DNA of 64,000 nucleotides from Macrostomum lignano (Eukaryota): NCBI GenBank assembly GCA_002269645.1, contig NIVC01002038.1, positions 1 to 64,000 of the forward strand, read 5' to 3'. Shown piece by piece: positions 44,001 to 55,258 of this stretch (position 1 is its first letter; each line of letters starts with the position of its first letter). The notes under the pieces were generated by a model. It saw only the letters and a program-made list of their open reading frames with translations, ran no database searches and was not told where the DNA came from. The position numbers and the translations under genes were made by a program.

Positions 44001-44460
44001 CTCCCCCCTCTCAGACTTGACATCTCAGGAATTTCCCCACCAAGCCTTGACATCTCAGTGATTCCCCCAGTTAGCAATCTCCCCCGAGCAAGCATTCCCA
44101 AAAGCAAGCGTCCTTCCGATAGCAAGCATCCCCTGATAGAAAGTACCCTCTGCAAGATTGTGAAACAATTTCGTCAGCTATTACAATAATTAATTTCTTA
44201 TCTATTGGAATAGTCCTTTTTAAAACTTTTCAAAATTTAAAGTTGAATAAAATTTTTGATTATACTACATAAACGCTCGTAGCTTCTTCTCTTTTACATG
44301 ATTTACTTGACATTTTAAAGGTTCCTTTATCTTTCTTGAAATTAATTTTTTTTTTAAAATTAAAAAATTCAACACTCAATTTCAGGAGTCAATATCAGTT
44401 TCAATTAATAAAGTCAACAATTAAAGTCAACAATATGGTTACGCAATCTAAATTTAGATC
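41036..44460 (+). mobile_element. Helitron-like element 2, head-to-tail with element 1, 3' end not found
   Basis: 5' ACTAGccaattccaacccccgttgggg is homologous to 38131; shares the tagcaagcatcccc repeats (44065-44140) and caatatggttacgcaat (44432 vs 40687) with element 1. Confidence 0.5.
41100..44090. repeat. Composite satellite, alternating blocks: A (ccatccaaagaatccc) ~41100-42420 and ~42930-43380; B (gccttgacatctcagcaattcccc) ~42430-42920 and ~43390-44090
   Basis: Direct observation. Confidence 0.9.
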
Positions 44461-44857
44461 TAATGGCGCTGGCTTGAATTGTGGAGTTGCGATAAGCAGG
44501 GGTTTGCGATATGAGAGAGCGTACAATGAGAATATAGAGTAAAAAGTATAGAAATTTCTTTTTTATGCTGTGCTTTTAGTTTTTCAAATCTCAGCAAACA
44601 GATTATATTCTCGAACTCAGCGTTTCTAGCTCTTTCCAGCAATACAAGGCTCTCTTCTGAAAGTGAAAAACTCGAAGCACAAACAACGGTTGGACATTCC
44701 TGCTTTAAAGCAGTCAAATTCATAAGGTGTACATTCAGCGCCAGCTACAGTGAGAGGCCTGCAGTTGATGCATTGAAATTCACAACCAAGCCAATGCCCG
44801 GGACTCATTGAATGGCAATACCCGCCCCTCAATTCAATAACTAAAAGGTGTTGCGCA

Positions 44858-46340
44858 ACCTTTCAACGCTTATAGCTCTCCACGCCAGTGTAGAGAACCA
44901 ATGCTATAGTTGGCACTGAGTTATGATGCAATACAATTCCATCGGCAGTCAGAATGCTTCTCAATTGGAAAGAACTGTTTGAACTTAAAAAAAACGGGGC
45001 AAAAATCGAGTTTTTGAATATTTAATCCTCCAGGCAGGCTTTACTGGCTGCAAAACGCAGACTCGGTCTTGACTCCGACACCGACGAGTCTGAAATCAAC
45101 GACAGCGCTGACTCGGGCTCGAAGGATGAGGCCAATTTGGAGCCAGAAGAAGACGAAATTGTGGAACAACAGGAAGCCTGGAACAACATTGTGTCGTAGC
45201 ACAATGACGAATGACCGGATCAATGTCCCGAATTTCTGTCCCATGCTTCTTCAAGAGCAGAACATCAAGCCAACTGTTCTGGTGTGCAAGTTTGTTGACA
45301 AAAAGCAGAGCGGAACAAAGATTGTCTACGTGATTGACACTTCGGGCCGGGCGGGCTGTGTCAACGTTACTCGAATTCGCCGAGGCGGCGTGGAAGAAGT
45401 GATCTAAAAGCCGGTTTGCATCGAGAAATATTCGTCTCTTATGGGCGGCGTAGATCGCCTGGACAGTGGACTCCAGCCGTACCATCCGAACAGGAAGACG
45501 CGGAAACGGTTTCAGAAGCTCGGTTTTTACATCATCCTCCTTCCCCTTGTTTGCAATGCTTGGATCGTTTATCAGAATGCTGGAGGAACAAAGAGCTTCC
45601 TCAGCTTCCTAGAAGTTGCGATCAAGAATTTGATTGAACAATCTGGGCCAGGCAGATGTTGCGTTCGGTTCGGGTCGGTCGGGCACCCGCCACAGCCGGG
45701 CACATTCCAAGCAAGTCGGGCCAGGTTGTTGGGCAAAATCGACCGAGTCTCGAAGCGATTCGCAATTGACAGCTCCGACAAGGGTAAGCAAAATCGCCCA
45801 CCGAACAACTGGAGAACGTGCAAACGCCAAAGGACAGGCATTCGGTGTACTAAGTATTTAGAAAACATCCTAACCGTTGCTAACCGTTGTTAAAGATTAT
45901 CTCAGCTTGTGAAGCGTCTTTGTTGGTCTTTAATGTGTCCTTTTACAGTGAGGCATCCATAAAGCAGCAGTGCAATTTTCATGCAGAAAGAGCACAGCTT
46001 CTGAAAAAACGGCTATATGATTCAAACAGCAACATCAAACAGCATTCGGTATATCTAGAAAATGTCGTAACAACCGCTGATAAGGAATATCTCAGCTTGT
46101 GAAGCGTCTTTGTGTGTGTCTGATGTGTCTTTTAAAAGCAGAGACATGCGTAAAGCAGCTGTGCAATTTTCATTCAGAAAGAGCAAATTGCGACGATGTA
46201 GCGGCTCCTCAAAAAACGACCATATACGGTATTTGGTATATTGAGAAACGTCGTGACAACCGTTGCTAAGGAATATCTCAGCTTGTGAAGCGTCTTTGTG
46301 TGTGTCTGATGTGTCTTTTTAAAGCAGAGACATGCGTAAA
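44858..46340 (+). mobile_element. Internally deleted piggyBac-like transposon remnant
   Basis: Acidic N-terminus (LDSDTDESEINDSADSGSKDE) joined to C-terminal KPVCIEKY...MGGVDRLDSGLQPYHPNRKTRKRFQKLGFY...NAWIVY; three ~180-bp direct repeats (atatctcagcttgtgaagcgtc) at ~45897, 46088 and 46274. Confidence 0.75.
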
Positions 46341-46475
46341 AGTCTAAAAAATTACACTGTCTTGCGTACTATATAGACAATTTTGTTAAACATTTACTGA
46401 ACTATTTCTGAATGTCTGTGCTGAATGTCTGTCGGGAAACCAATACATTTCTATTTGCATGTAATATAATTTTCT

Positions 46476-48246
46476 GGGTCTACGACAATTGACTGCCACA
46501 ATTTGACTGCCACAATTTGACTGCGGTCAATTTGACTGCGGACAATTTGACTGCCGAGCAATTTGACTGCCGACAAAATGACTGCGGACAAAATGACTGC
46601 CGACAATTTGACTGCCGACAAAATGACTGCCGACAAAATGACTGCAGACAATTTGACTGCCGACAATTTGACTGCCGACAAAATGACTGCCGACAAAATG
46701 ACTGCCGACAATTTGACTGCCGACAATTTGACTGCCGACAATATGACTGCGGACAAAATGACTGCCGACAAAATGACTGCCGACAATTTGACTGCCGACA
46801 AAATGACTGCCAACAAAATGACTGCGGACAAAATGACTGCCGACAAAATGACTGCCAACAAAATGACTGCGGACAAAATGACTGCCGACATTTTGACTGC
46901 GGACAAAAATGACTGCCGACAAAATGACTGCGGAAATTTGACTGCCGACAATATGACTGCGGCAATTTGACTGCCGACAATATGACTGCGGCAATTTGGC
47001 TGCCGAGCAATTTGACTGCCAGCGAAATGACTGCCGGAAAAATGATGCTCCTAAAGTTTAGCCTCTGTCAACCCTTTTAAGTCTATGCATGTAGTGAAAT
47101 ATTGTATTTACGAGCTATAATGATGCAGAACAGAACACAACCTTTATACAACAAGCTGTAACAGCTGTTGAAACCCGCGGATTTTGAACAGTGGGAAATG
47201 GGAATTCCAATCTTAGAAAATATTTTGCATATATTCTAAAATCTGAAGTTAAACTCAAGCAAAAACTTTTATTATTAGAGTTAAACATAACATAGATTAC
47301 ATTCTTGTAAAATTAGGATTGGAGGCAAACTATTGATATTGTTGGCTGGGGTGCGGCGCAGAATGTCAGAAAAACTCTGGCCTCTACATGTACTTCTGCC
47401 TCTCGATCCCTATGTTCCTTGCATCCTTTGAACCTTCTATCTTCTCTTCTGTTTTCTCACTTCTCTCTCGTCTCTTCTCTCTCGTCTCTGCTCTCTCATC
47501 TCCCCTCTCTCATCTGTCATCTTTACTCTCTTATACTGGTATGTTCTCTCACCTCTCTCCTGTACTCTTCTCTTTCCCCTCTTTTGACTCCTCTCTTTCC
47601 TTTCTCCTTTCTTCCCTTTTCTTTTCTTCTATTCTTTCTTCTATACTCTCTCCCTGTCTTGTCTTTTCTCTTCTCTCTCTGCGCTCTCCTCTCTCCTCTC
47701 ATATATCGTGTTCACTCTCTGACTCTCATCTTTGCTCTCTCATCCCCCTCTCATCTTTACTCTTCACTCCTGTGTACCTGTCACTTCACTCTTTCCCCTC
47801 TTCTGACTCCTCTCTTTCCTTAGTCCTCTTCTTTTCCCTCTTCTATACTCTCTCCCCTTTATTCACTTCTCTCGTCTCTCTGCACTCTGCTCTCTCCGCC
47901 TTCATCTCTCATCTCTCCTTTCATCTCTCTCATCTCTACAATCTCTCCTTTCCCCTGTCTTCTTTTTCAACTTCTCTCTCATCTCTCTCTCCTCTTTTGC
48001 ATAACAAGAATGCGCCTAGCAAGCTTTGCCGCTGTCATTTTGTCGGCAGTCAAATTGCTCGGCAGTCAAATTGCCGCAGTCATATTGTCGGCAGTCATTT
48101 TGTTTGCAGTCATTTTGTCGGCAGTCATTTTGTCGGCAGTCATTTTGTCCGCAGTCATTTTGTTCGCAGTCATTTTGTCGGCAGTCAAATTGCTCGGCAG
48201 TCAAATTGACCGCAGTCAAATTGTGGCAGTCAATTGTCGTAGACCC
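46476..48246. mobile_element. Foldback (Mutator-like) non-autonomous element with TIRs built from 15-bp tandem repeats
   Basis: GGGTCTACGACAATTGACTGCC... / ...GGCAGTCAATTGTCGTAGACCC; (tgactgccgacaaaa)n at 46490-47040, inverted at 48025-48240; 9-bp TSD-like taattttct / gaatttgct (7/9); CT-rich filler 47390-48000. Confidence 0.75.
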
Positions 48247-48569
48247 GAATTTGCTATATAGCGTGCCAGCGTGGGTTGGCAAACATTTTTGAAACAGAGT
48301 TTTCGAAACAGAAAAAACTAAATTTAATAAAAACTTAAAGCTTAACAGAAAACGTATTTTTAAATGTCGAAATTAAAAAAACTTGTTAATATGATTAATT
48401 TAAAGATTGCCAAAAGCGTATGTAAAATTGTAATAATAAAAAATATTTACACTTTTTTATAAAGACAAAGTATATAATTAATATTAAAATGAGGGGTGTC
48501 CAATGTGTCCAATGTGTCCAATACGTGTCCAGCTTTTTTCCACACCCCGGTGTGTGTTTTAGGGAGACC

Positions 48570-50391
48570 CATTTCCCGATCGATTGACATTCAGATTCAC
48601 ATTCAAATTTTAACAAAGCCGCTGTAGCTTTTCTTTACTTGAACGAAGCGCTTTAAAATTTACAAAAACTTTGACGCAACCAAGATAAAAAACTACTTAA
48701 AATATCTCGGCATTTAAAAATAGTCTGTACAAATTATTCACATATAAAGTATGTTTATACTGTATCTCCGTATTGTATTATTATGCAACTCAGCAGAACA
48801 TCTTAAAATGCATCCACCGGCTATGAAACTTTATGGAAGTGTAGCTCGTCTAATCAGTAGTAGGAAAATAAACGTCAACAAAAACATAAAATAAATTTTA
48901 GTAGGTTTATTTTCCTACTATGAAACTTTATATTTCTCTTGACGCACGCGAGATGCGTTGGCAAGTCAAAAATCAGCACGGCCTAGCTTAAAGCCTGTAC
49001 CAATTATTCACCTGCAAACTGTGTTCCTACATGTACCTCTGTAGTGTACATGTATTTTGAGGGTCCAGCTTGACATTCGCTGACAGACACTCTACTCAAC
49101 GCAGAGCTATGCAAAACTTAATCGAGCGAAAGCGGTGCATTTGCGAAAACGAGCTGCGTGAGTTCTTCGCCGCCATTGTCAACGCGCCGCCACCCATGCT
49201 GCCAGCTGACAGTCTATGCTGCATAGATTCGATCCGTTGCCGGCAGTAGAGAGCTTCAGTCTAGCACCAGTCAGCACAGCCGACGTTGTGAGGCTCGCCG
49301 AACAGTCACCGGGCGGGAAAGCGCTGGGTCCGGACGAGGGGCCCATCAAGGCGCTGTGCATCAACTGTGTTGCCAGTGGGGTCGCCAGAGTGATGAATCG
49401 CGTGCTCTTCGGTGAGCAAGTACCAACGAATGGACCACGGCGCACATCGTTGCAGTTCCTAAGAAGCCAGTCACCACATGCAAGAGGCTTGAAGAGCATC
49501 GAGGCATTTGCCTTTCAGTCCTACGCTGCGAAGCTGTTCAACCGGATGCTGTTATCGCGGTTGCAGCCCGTGCTGGATCTGTACCTGTGGCCTGAGCAGA
49601 ACGGCTTCCGGCCCCATCGTGGCACAGTGACGCAGATCCTGGCTCTTCGGCGAGTCATCAAGGAAGTACGGATACGCCAGTCGATCCTGATTGTTATCTT
49701 CATAGATTTCAAGAAGGCATTCGACTCGGTCGTCGGGTCTGTGCTCCCAAAGGTGCACCGTCCGTACGTACAACGTGCCAGAGCAGCTGATTTCCGCCAT
49801 CATGGCTATGTACCGTGAGACGAAAGCTGCTGTTTTAATACCGGACGGCCTATCGGACTTCTTGAGACATCCTCACCTTAGTTTGCAGGTGAATAACTGG
49901 TACAGGCTTTAAGCTAGGCCGTGCTGATTTTTGACTTGCCAACGCATCTCGCATGCGTCAAGAGAAAAATAAAGTTTCATAGCTCTGCGTTGAGTAAAAG
50001 TGTCTGTCAGCGAATGTCAAGCTAGGATCCTCAAAATACACTACGGAGATAGGAACACAGTTTGCAGGTGAATAACTGGTACAGGCTTTAATCTAGAGTG
50101 CTGATTTTTTACTTTCCAACGCATCTCGCGTGCGTCAAGATAAATATAAAGTTATATAGCCGTGGATGCATTTTAAGATGTTCTGCTGAGTTGCATAATA
50201 ATACAATACGGAGTTAGGAACATAATTTATATGTGAATAATTTGCACAGCCTATTTTCAAGTACCGAGATATTTTACGTAGTTTTTATCTTGGTTGCGTC
50301 AAAGAATTTTAAAGCGCTTCGTTTATGTAAAGAAAAGCTACAAAGGCTTTGTTAAAATTTGAATGTGAATCTGAATTTTAATCGGGAAATG
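48570..50391. repeat. Long inverted repeat (~500-bp arms, internal sub-repeats) enclosing an RT fragment
   Basis: catttcccgat...attcagattcacattcaaatttt (48570-) is the reverse complement of ...aaaatttgaatgtgaatctgaa...atcgggaaatg (-50391); arms ~48570-49110 and ~49880-50391. Confidence 0.85.
49130..49870 (+). mobile_element. RTE-like reverse transcriptase N-terminal fragment
   Basis: GKALGPDEGP; AAKLFNRMLLSRLQPVLD...EQNGFRPHRGTVTQILALRRVI..VIFIDFKKAFDSV. Confidence 0.88.
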
Positions 50392-51641
50392 AATACGTAA
50401 ATCTATTCTGACGAAAGGGAATCTCATCAATAAACAGCTGAAGTGCTGAAGTAGCAAACCTCTAATGAGAAACACGCATTAATGAATAAAACGACTGCTC
50501 TAGGACATATTTTTCTATTTTTCTATATTTACATGTCTAAATTTACATAATAAAATATAAAAGATACCGTTCCACCGTTCTGACTACAAGCTAGTCTGCC
50601 TAAATTAAAACTGCTTGTTTAATTTGTTAATCTGTGTACCAACTTGCATATTCAAATTTCTCTTTTATTTTCGCTTGATCTTTTTATCTAATTGCAATTG
50701 CATGTAAACGTGAATCCAGGAAAGACACTTCTGAGTCCTCTGCTGGAATTTTTGCACTTTATGTATACACATTGAACTGCATGTATATTTATGTATTTGC
50801 ATATTTACTTTAGGTATTGGGATCAATTTTAAACTAGATAGGTTTATTATCTTTATAATTAAGCGGATTAATGCCTTTTAGTTGTAACCGGGATTGTCCA
50901 TCGTTTTAGATATTAAAGACTATTTACAATCCCACTGAGACTAATTTTCTCAGGATTATTTTAATGACCTGCATGTATTGTTCCGTTATTGTAAATTCAC
51001 ATTGTGAATAAAACACAACTTCAGTAAGTAGATAGCCGATCAGATTATTTTTAGGTTACGGTTAGTTTGGATAAAACGTTATTTTATTTCCTATATATTT
51101 TATAATAACAATATTTTTAGATTTACTAGTATGAGTGAAATTTTAAATATAACCCAGAAAAAGAAAGCGTGTTTATAAATTTCAGAGATTTTATTGTTTA
51201 TAAATTAGGTGCCATTAAATATGACAGGCTTTAATACATTTTTCTTCTTACCTAGAGTTACCCATTTTCCAAATATACTATATCTAAAACTAAGCTAAAA
51301 TTAAAGTATTCAATCTTTGCGAAGCCATAAAAATGGAGCTTTTAAACTCATCATGACATAAAACAAAGATTTAGGTAGTAAAATCCTCATATTTGGGTGA
51401 CTATAAAATCCTATATACTAAAAATGAGTTTTTGTATCTTAGGTATGCGATCGATTTCAGAAAATTGGTTCTAATGATTTGGAGAGGTTTCATTAATTTC
51501 AAAACCTGTAAGCGGAGATCTGGAAAGTGTGTGTGGTAAATAAATTAAAGACAAACAACTCTCCTGTTGTGTCTCTTTCATACAGAATAACTTTATTGAA
51601 TATTCAATTTTAAACACCATGATCATATTTCAGCAGTAAAA

Positions 51642-54600
51642 ATGACTTTCCGTCAATCTGCTTGGCTGCATTCATTTGACAGACAAGTTAACCTGGGTCA
51701 ACAATACTTAGTAGAGTCTGACAGCTTTATTGAGAGTTCGCATGGCGATTCCTCCCCTGCAGCAGAGTTCAGCTTCAAGGATGCAGTCAGCAACAAAAAA
51801 ATAGAAATATTCTTTGACAGTTCGGATACATTTGTGAGCGACGTCGCTGCTCTCGGCCTGACTGCTCTGCAAGCTCTGAAGCTGATTTGCCAGGCATCGC
51901 CAAGTAATGTCAATTGTTCGCTTCAAGACCTGCTGCATTACCTGTGGGACAACTGCGACTTCTCCAAGCAGCTAGTGATAGGCGTTCTCCAAGAAAAATG
52001 CGTCTCTGCCAGTATAGTTGATCAGGGAGGTGTAAAGCCCGGTGAAGTATCCTGCGTGTCGCAAGGGTGGCTGCTGTGTGGAATCGTGAAAGGTACGACC
52101 CTTTGTTGTCGCGCTAAGAATATGTTTTGTTTTAAATTTTCACTATTTGTTCCATGTTTTCATTTTCAGGCGATGGCGACATTGAAACGGCCAAGATTAA
52201 AACATTTTTAAATGGCCCCGTGATACTAATGGGTCTGTCTGAGTTTAAAGACTCTCTTGAAAAAATGGATGCTGTTCCCGAGGGAGCACTTCATGCTGCC
52301 AATCTGTTTAAAGTTTTTGATGCCAGCAAGCAGCAGAGTTCCGTTCAAGGGTGTAGTACCAGTGCAGATGTGCTGCAGCGGCTATACGAAGGTCAGATGG
52401 TGGCTCGAAGTATTGAGGAGCTTCTGGGCTACAAAGTGCTACATGATGTTCCGTATCTGCGAGAAACACTGACTACAGCTTTGCAGTTTGTGCAGAATAA
52501 GGTTACGATGAACAAAGTTCGAGTTAGAAACAGCACCCAGACACCCGCATCTCTGAAGGAATGCATTCCTTTCGTTCCCAGCTTTAGCTGGTTGCCAATG
52601 CTGGGTGAGTTTCTCGATGTCCTAACAGCTATAACACAACTGTCAAACTTGAAAGCTTTTGAACCGGCTGATGGTAAGACCTGCTGTACCGTGTCGTTGG
52701 TATTTCCAACCGATGCGCCAAAGTTGCTGCAATGGGAGAAGCACTGGGAGAATTTTGATCTTGCGACTGCTCTCAAAGATTGTACTCAAAGTTTTCAAGC
52801 TATGCTGAAGGTAATTCAGGCGAATGATCATGGCGATTGGCAGCTTTGCATAAAGATGCAACAGCAAGCCGAAAAGATAATTCATGCTCACATTACACTT
52901 GAACGTCTTGACTCAAAATTATGCTCTATTGAGAGTTTTTCGGTATTCCATGCTGTTGAGTCCGTGCGTTCTGCGTCAAATGCAATTGAGTTGCTATTTT
53001 CACCTCTGAGTGCTGCTGATTTTACAGAGAATGAAGTTCAAGGTGTGTCGATTCGTTACAAGGAAGAACAGAGCAATGAGTGGACGGAAATAATCAAAAG
53101 CTTGGGCTCAAACGGTGGAATTGCCCGACTTGAGCAGTTGAAAATGGGTACCGCCTATCAGGTGTCCTATCAGACCATTCGATTGTTCGGTCGCTGCGAA
53201 GTGAAAAATATGCCAATGGTGACAACATTGGCATGCGCCGCTCCGGACATTGCTTCAGTTACGCAGGTGTCCCCATTTCGTGTGGAACTAGAGCTGACTC
53301 CGCCTGTATTACCGGAGCAAAAAGCCCGTCTGGTTGGTTATCGAATCACGGTGCTCGAGCAGGGACACAGCTCAGGCCATGAGACTTATGTAAAGGCTGG
53401 TTCTTCGCAAAAGACTGTTCCTATCGACGTCGATGGAGATGGCTGCTATAGATTTTCTGCTTCAGCAGTGCTCTCGGATAACTCTGTTGGTGATCAGAGC
53501 AGAAATGTTATCCTGGAAGTGAAATCGACGCCAGCGGACAAAATGAAGTATAATTTGCTCAACTCTTCCCTATTACTGGATTCGGAAGCTAAGCTGCCTC
53601 TTGAGTACGAGTTGCAAATGGACCAGACGTTCTGTGATCCGGTGCACCAAGTTCAGAAAATGGAACTCGGACGCGATAGCTTGTCCGGAATTGACGAAAA
53701 AGTGATTATGATCGTCGGTGAAACTGGCTCTGGAAAAACTACCCTGATCAACTCGATGGTCAACTACATCTTCGGAGTAAAGTACGAAGACCCGTTTCGC
53801 TTCAGAATCATTACAGATCCGAAGGAGAAGAAACTTAAGACATCTCAGTCAATGAGTCAGACTCAATGGGTCACATCCTACACATTCCATCATCGCGATG
53901 GCTGTCAGCAACCTTGCTCGTTGACTCTGGTGGACACGCCAGGATTTGGTGACACTGGCGGCATCATGAAGGACAAGCAGATCGTCGACCGAATCAGAGA
54001 GTTCTTCTCTTCCCCAGGCGGCATTGACCACTTGGATGCTGTGGGCTTTGTGGTGCCATCGAGTGTCGCCAGACTGACGCCAACGCAGCGATACGTTTTC
54101 GACTCCATCCTCTCCCTCTTTGGTAAGGATATTGGCGACAATATCTACATGCTAATCACATTTGCCGACGCAAATGTACCTCCTGTGCTCGAGTCCCTTA
54201 AGGAAGCGAGGATCTCCTACAATTTGCACATCAAATTCAACAACTCTGCTGTATTTGCCAAGAGTCAGGAAATGGACCAGATGAGCCAAATGTTCAACGA
54301 AATGTTCTGGAAAATGGGAATGAACAGCTTCCAAGGATTTTTCTCCCACCTGATGAACATTACGGCAAAGAGCCTGACTCTGACAAAAGATGTTCTGAGT
54401 GAGCGGCAGAGACTGCAAACTCACTTAATTGCCATCAAGGCGGAGATCGACCAAGGTCTGAGCAAGTTGAATCAGCTGGAGCGCGAAATATCCGTTATCA
54501 AGACTCACCAGTCAGATTTGGACCGCAACCGCGACTTCACCTACACGGTGGTGGAAGACAAAGTAGTTTGCCAGCCGATTCCTTCCGGAACTTACATCAC

Positions 54601-55258
54601 GAACTGTCTAACGTGCAACAGGACGTGCCACTATCCGTGCGCATATCCTGATGATTCAGAAAAAATTAAGTGCTCGGCGATGAGAAATGGCAATTGCCAC
54701 GTGTGCAAAAGTGGCTGTGTGTGGTCAGTCCACAAGAACATGTCATACCGAATTGTGATCACTCAGGAAACTGTCACGAAGACGTCGGATGACCTAAAAG
54801 GTCGCTACACCGATGCGGAGGGGAAACTGCTGTCTGCCAAGCAGCTGGCGCAGCGGGTGTACGAAGAGTACCTCGGGACGAAGGCCAACGTGATGCAGCT
54901 GGTCAAGGAGAGCAAAAAGTGCATCGAGCGCCTGCAGCAGATCGCTCTGAAGCCTGACCCTCTGAACGAGGTTGACTACATTGACAAGCTGATTGACGCC
55001 GAGCAGATGAGCAAGAATGATGGGTATTCCGACCGAATCCAACAGCTGCAGGATATTCGAGAGCTCGCTGTCCGAGCTGAGAACCTTAACAAGGACGAGC
55101 TGCTGAACGTGCTGTTGCAGAATGAGACGCGAGTTTACCAAAGGTACGAAGAGTTTTTCACGAAGCCGAGCGCCTCTGGCATCGGTGCGCACCTCCGAGG
55201 AGGCTTCAATAGGGTGAAGCAGCTGTTTAAAGCAGATGGCGGCGACTCGAAGGCTTAG
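51642..55258 (+). CDS. Stonustoxin-like (degenerate MACPF/CDC) - FN3 - FN3 - septin/AIG1-type GTPase - Cys-rich/coiled-coil protein; exons 51642-52092 and 52170-55258, ~1179 aa
   Basis: Phase-1 GT-AG intron 52093-52169 joins two open frames (3540 nt). FDRQVNLGQQY and LVIGVL resemble the SNTX N-terminus; FN3 segments (LELTPP...VGYRI; YRFSASA); G1 GETGSGKT, G3 DTPG, G4-like TFAD; CLTCNRTCHYPC...CHVCKSGC..SVHKN. Confidence 0.9.

Noticed and set aside
41191-44155. Multiple Pro/Ile- or Gly/Trp-rich ORFs
   Set aside because: Derived from satellite blocks A and B.
46451-47010. Five overlapping ORFs (SAVIL/CRQND/TADKM repeats) and their mirror at 48010-48292
   Set aside because: Artefacts of the 15-bp tandem repeat forming transposon arms.
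47388-48209. 273-aa Ser/Leu-rich ORF (likewise 15374-15866 and 61077-61526)
   Set aside because: Low-complexity CT/GA tracts; no protein motifs.
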